Shown piece by piece: positions 58,800-64,000 of a DNA stretch of 64,000 nt. The stretch's first letter is position 1, and each line of letters starts with the position of its first letter. A program made the translations under genes and the position numbers. Origin of the DNA: Felis catus (taxonomy: Eukaryota); the NCBI RefSeq assembly GCF_018350175.1, contig NC_058383.1, positions 11,100,001 through 11,164,000 on the forward strand, written 5' to 3'. The notes under the pieces were generated by a model. The model did not search any database. It saw only the letters and a program-made list of their open reading frames with translations, and was not told where the DNA came from.

Positions 58800-59252
58800 C
58801 GGCCTCGGCCTGTGTCCAATCCGAGCTGGGCTGTATGATGACGGCATGGCGCTCAGCGGTGGTGTGTGAATTCTGAGGCCTGGGAAGAAAAAAACCATTC
58901 TGGCTTCTCCCTTGGCCCTCGAATCCCTTGCTCTGGGGGAGGCCAGGCACCCTACCGCGAGGAGACTGGAGCAACCCTGCGGGGGGGGGGGGGGGGCACA
59001 CGGAGAGGAAGAGGCTTCCTGCCAGCAGCCGGGCCCAACCTGCCGGCTGTGTGAACAAACCGCCTTGGAAGCAGATCCTCGGGTCCCTCGGCCAAGACTT
59101 CAGACGACTGCAGCCTCGCGAGGGGCTCTGGGCCAGAACTGCTCAGACTGCTCCCGGATTCCTAACCCACAGAAACCGCCAGGCGCAAACAGTCATTTTC
59201 CAAGCTGCTAAGTTTGGGGGCCACTCGTTACGCAGCACCAGGCAACTGATTC
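58800..59252 (+). mobile_element. MaLR MLT1-type LTR, degenerate
   Basis: CTTGGAAGCAGATCCTC, CTTCAGACGACTGCAGCC and ATTCCTAACCCACAGAAAC...AAGCTGCTAAGTTTGGGG blocks. Confidence 0.7.
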
Positions 59253-59457
59253 GGCGCCTCTCGCTCTGGGGCACGTATCCTCTCTCAGACTCTGGGTGTT
59301 GGGCTGGAAGCCTTGTTCTCCCTCCTCCCAGCACCCCCGGCCTGTCCTCCACCCACCCCCGCTCCCGACCGTGGCAGAGAAGGGAAAGACAGCAGACGTG
59401 GTCCCGGGTCAGCCCCAAATCAGACAGCCGTCAGCCACCACCCGTTTTTTTGTCCAT

Positions 59458-59463
59458 TTTAAT
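59458..59463 (-). terminator. putative polyA signal ATTAAA of the convergent gene
   Basis: The minus strand reads TTTTGTACTTTGTAAAGTGTTAATTAAAATGG, i.e. UGUA motifs upstream of ATTAAA, typical of an mRNA 3' end. Confidence 0.55.
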
Positions 59464-62398
59464 TAACACTTTACAAAGTACAAAATATACTGTCTTTTTT
59501 GGGGGGGAACATTAGGTACTTTTTTTTTCTCCGTCATACAGTACATGAATCTCGAGGGTTTTGTGTTTCTTCAAGAAAAAAGAGTAAGCGTGAGGGCCCC
59601 CGGGGCGTAGGGTCACCCGGTGCTCCCCCCTCGCCCAGGCCCCGGGACAGATCTAAGTGCCACTGCTGCTGCTGGTGACCCGGGGCATTGCCAGGTGAGG
59701 GCCGGACCCCCCGAGGCGAGGCCCTGGGCAGGGCAGAGGCCCCTCGGAGCCCCATCATGCACCCAACATCCACTCACCCCCATCTCAGGATAACGGAAAT
59801 AATTTTGGCATAGAGCAAGAGAAGGACTTGGGATTTTGTTTGTTGTCAGCCCCCTGCCCTCTCCCCACCTCCACCCCGCCCAGTTTTGGAGCCAACCCTG
59901 CTCAGTTCTCCCTGGACCATTTTCTGGATAGGCAAACCGAGGCAGAGGGCGGGAAAACGCACTGGGCTTGACACAGATTTGGCCCGTTTTTCATCCACCA
60001 CCAACCGCACTCCCCACCCTGGTCCCCGACTTCACTGGACGCTCTTTGCAGACGAGCCCCCGGTAGGCGAGGGGCACCGGCACCCTACCCGTCTCCCCGT
60101 GAATACTGTCTTCAGGGCTGGGCGCTCCTGAAGAGCTGGCCCGGCAGGTCTAGCCCCTTGGGGCTGGCTGCATGGGCTGCGTGGGCCGCCAGGCGTCTGT
60201 GGGGCACAGCAGAGCCCCTGCTGGGGACATCCCTGTCCCCCACACCCTATCAACTCTACAGGCAGCCCCCGGGTAAGAATGCCCTTGAGGCCTCAAAATA
60301 CTGAACGAGCCAGGCCCTTGGCTCGGATGTGGGCTTTGCACACACGCCGATGTGTAGGACACGTGCACACTCCCACGTGTATGTACACACACGCGCGGCC
60401 GAACTCACGACACTGTCCTCCCAGCCTTTCCCCACCTTGTTCCGAGAGCCTCAAACGCCCTCCCCACCACGGATGCCGCGGTCCAGGCCACAGGCTTCTT
60501 TCTCCCTCTGACCCGGGCCACTCCTGGCACCATCGGCCCCGAGGATGGCAGGCTGCCTCAGCCAACAGCTCCCGCCTTGCCTTCGCCTTCTCAAGAGAGC
60601 AGGCTTCATAGGAGGTCGTGGATGTCAAAGCTGGAGGCCACGGCCCACCCTGTGGCTTTCTCCCCAGGGTCTAAGGAGTAAGAGACAGTTAAGCTTGCCC
60701 TTTTGTTACCTCTACTTTGAAAATGAAAGAAAGAAAAAGAGCTGGGATGGGCTCTGAGACACAGGAAAAGGGACTAGCTAGCGTAGGAGTCAACTGCCCT
60801 CCACCCGGGCCTCTCTCCCCAAGCCCGCCCTCTGCTGGGTTGACCACCAAGCGGCCATCTTGGTTGGCTCCCCTCTGGCGGCCTCTTTGTAGGGAGGGCT
60901 ACCGCCCCCTCCAGGCCCAGCACCTCCCTCAGCACAGCGTCTGGGAAACCTGAGAAGCCGAAGCTCTGGTCTTTGGGGTTGAGGGGGGAGACTCTGTTAT
61001 CCTTGCCCCTCAAGCTCTGCTCACCAAGCCAGCCACACAACAGGTCCATTTCCCAGCGTCTGTGACAGCCGTGACGGGCTGCTCCTGGCTCACAGGAGGG
61101 CATGGACATATTGGGGGGTTTCTTCCTACCCCCTACTCAGTGTTCACTCAGGAAGTGGTACCAAACATTTCTAGGTCACAGAGCACAGGAGTGCTTGGCT
61201 ATCATTTGAGAGGTCCTCAAGGTCCCTCTTAACCCTGGCTGGGAACCCAAGTTGTCCCCAAGTCCAGTCCAGAGGCCCACAAAGGCAGCCTAGGGTGGCC
61301 ACAAGACTCCTCTAACAGCCTCATCTTTGACTATCAGGCAAATGGCGCCCTTGGCTTGGGATAGGGGCCTCACCCTACCCATCAACCCAGAACCTTCTCT
61401 GCCGCCCTCTATCATCTCACAGGGGACAAGCTTCGCCAGACCACGCATCTTCTTCTGGACACCACGCTGGTCACCAGGGCCACGCTGTCTGATGGGGGAG
61501 GCCATGGCGGGCAGCTCTGGGTCACCTGGCTCCTTTCTTGCCCACCAGGGGCCTGTGGCCTGGGGTGGGTGGCAGGGGGAGGATGCTGGTGCTCGGGACG
61601 CTCTGGACCCCCCAAATCCTGGGGAGGGGAAGTCTGCACACCTCTCCAGCTTGGATGTGTGCCCCGGGCTCTGGAGCCCGCCACGGAGGAAGGGGTGCAG
61701 AGGGAGGAAGGCGTTTCTTGGAAACCAGAGGAGCCCATGCTGAGGGTTGAGCCGGGGATGAGGGAGAAGGGGGTGGTCGAGCCTCCCGTCTCCCCACCTC
61801 CTCTCTTTAGTGTGCAGGGATGGGGCAGGTGAGGGGTGAGGGTGGCCTTAAGCTGGTGCAAGCTTTGCTTACCGCGGAGTGGCACAGAGGCAAAGACATG
61901 CACGTCCGGAGCCCAGGAGGCAGGTTGGGGCCACCACTCACCCCTACCTTTCGGCAGCCTCACTCAGGAGCCCCGTTTTCCTGCCCCTGCCACGTGTCCC
62001 ACCGGCCAGAGCCAAGATACCCCCCGCCCCGATGGCACGTCCCTCAGGCCACTCTGGTGGGTCTGGAGAGCCCCCCGCACCCAGCAAACGTGGGGCACTC
62101 TTCCCTCCCAAACTGCCGTGGAGACCAAATCCCTGACTATGCTCGTCACGGGCACAGCAGGAGGGGAGCCCAGGGAACGGGAAGATCCAGACGGCAGCTC
62201 GGGGCCCAGGCCCAGACGGCCGCCAACACACCCAAGCGGCTGGAGAGCCCAGCCCTCGCCCCAGCCCCGCCTGGACACAAGGTCAAGGGCCTCGGTCCTT
62301 TTGTTGACTAGACGGGGCCAGTGTCCGGGAAGAGGCCTCAGAAAAGAAGCCGAAGTTTCTCAGCTTGCCGGTGAAAAGGACCAGGTAAGCAGTCAGCC

Positions 62399-62467
62399 AG
62401 GGGGGAGGGGAGGGGAGGGGAGGGGAGGGGAGGGGAGGGGAGGGGAGGGGAGGGGAGGGGAGGGGGG
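62399..62467 (+). repeat. (GGGGA)n pentamer microsatellite
   Basis: About 12 tandem GGGGA units. Confidence 0.95.
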
Positions 62468-64000
62468 CCCAGGCTGGAAAGCAGGGCGGGACCACCTACC
62501 TGCCCAGGTCTTTGGGCAAAGAGCAACGGTCACAGGGCCTTTCTGCTCAAGAGCGAGAAATTCCAACACTCCTCCCTCCATACCACCGTCCCTCAGATAA
62601 AACAAGGGTGCCCGGGGCCTTGACCCTGGAAACGGGGGTGCAGGCAGGGGCTGAATCCAGCTTCCAAGGGAGACTGGGGGAGGGAGTCTTGGGGCTCCGC
62701 TCCTGGGCTGCTGGGTTTTTTTTTTTCCCTCTCAAGTCAGGGCTTCTCGAATAATGTATTGCCTATATACTTGAATTAAAAATATATGGTGGCTCAAAAC
62801 GTGCCCGCGTGCACGGCAGACGCGGCGGCAGGAGGCCCCCACGCCCACACACGTGCACACACAGCGGGGTCTGTGATCCACGTACTGTGCACACACGCGT
62901 GTGTGCTCACACAGTATATATTAACATATATATTGCTCAAGTATATATGCTATTTACAGTATATATCTATATCAACATAAAACACAGGTATTTATAAGTG
63001 TGTACAATAGATACGTCCTGGGGGGGGGTGGGCCTGGGGAGCACACGTTTCCGGGGTCACGGGGCCGACACATTTGCTCGGCGGGGTGGGGGTGGGGGGG
63101 GGGAGCGTGGAGGAGTGACATCATCAGGGGACCCGACGGGGAAGGAGTCTGGAGAGGCGCGCCACGGAGAATCCAGGCCTTCCAAGGAGAGAAAGGGGAC
63201 TCGGGGTCTCAGGTGCTTTCCTGCCCGCTCGGCCACCCCCCACCCCGTTTTGGAGCCAGCAAACAGATGGACACGTTTTGGTTGTTTTAAGAGTTTTGTG
63301 CAACATGAATGAACTTAAAAAAAAAAAAAAAAAGTGGGTTCCTCATCAGTGCTTGGGCCCCGAGCATCTTTAAGGATCTGGTGGGCGTCCCGGGCTCAGA
63401 GGGTCCCCCGACGCTGGGAGAACAGGGCACTGGGGCTCACACAAGCCCTTCACCAGAGAAACCCTCCTTTCTCCTCTGAGCCTCTCAGGGACAGCGCAAG
63501 GCAGCTGTCGCCTGAGAAGGAGCACCAGGGAGGGAGGGGCCGCCTTGGGGCTCACCCCCATTCGCCCTGGTCGGCCTGCCACCTGGCTGTCCCCTGCCCC
63601 GTGGCCTCTGGGCACCCCGCGGGAACCCCTATCTCGCCACACACCTCTGCTGCCGGCTTCCTGCTCCAGAGAAAGGGCTAATACCTCTGTGACGCCTACA
63701 GACTCCCACGCTTGTCCCTGGAGCCACAGGGCGTCGGCCAAAGGACCCTGAGCCTCTGGGTCCCCCAACAGAACTCAGCAGGCGTCGTCCCCTGTCCCCT
63801 GAAACTGCCGCCGACCACAGCCTGGGCGCGAATACATTAAATAAGAAACTAAAACGTACTGTATGGTTTTCTCTATTAAGGCTCAGATAAGCTGCCCCCC
63901 CAGGTCAAGTACTCATGAATGCCACAGGCCCCAGCTGAGGGGCGGGCAGGCAGGTGAGTTGGGGGCAGAGGCCTTCCACATCCCCCCAAAAGTGGGGCAG

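Larger units (their letters stand above)
59440..64000 (-). other. CASTOR2: probable long 3'UTR of the convergent gene (CASTOR2/GATSL2 by synteny)
   Basis: About 4.5 kb with no Can-SINE, in contrast to the rest of the window. It has AU-rich UTR-like blocks (59455-59580, 62750-63010) and ATTAAA on the - strand. Gene identity is from mammalian synteny only; no coding exon is seen. Confidence 0.55.

Noticed and set aside
61836..62600. 254-aa + strand ORF and many overlapping ORFs at 57-64 kb
   Set aside because: GC-rich stop-poor DNA, includes translation of the GGGGA repeat, no recognisable domain or exon structure.
1..64000. CRISPR array or prokaryote-type defence/mobile system
   Set aside because: No regularly spaced direct repeats with unique spacers and no operon-like ORFs; repeated units are dispersed mammalian SINEs and microsatellites.

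Overview
Mammalian (carnivore, almost certainly felid) genomic DNA from the region orthologous to the human Williams-Beuren locus (7q11.23). The window contains one complete protein-coding gene, RCC1L (WBSCR16; + strand, 11 coding exons, 22329-55765, all introns GT-AG, 1392 nt CDS = 463 aa + stop, polyA signal 56541). A CpG island at ~6.9-7.95 kb holds a divergently oriented non-coding first exon that I assign to GTF2IRD2 (- strand; coding exons lie left of the window). The right end (~59.4-64 kb) looks like the long 3'UTR of a convergent - strand gene, CASTOR2 by synteny only. The rest is repeat-dense: roughly 70 Can-SINEs (several nested), many L1 fragments, MIR/L2, MLT1/MLT2 LTRs, an ERV-L gag/pol remnant, Tigger/hAT DNA transposon fossils and a U6 retropseudogene. 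No prokaryote-type system or CRISPR is present, and I found no convincing new gene system. The best second-look items are an in-frame uORF/YY1 overlap in the RCC1L leader, a TSD-less mRNA-3'-end-like insert splitting an L1 in intron 6, a full-length CTCF motif between the divergent promoters, a bidirectional polyA node, and young, possibly polymorphic SINE insertions. Repeat family names and boundaries come from visual recognition and are approximate.
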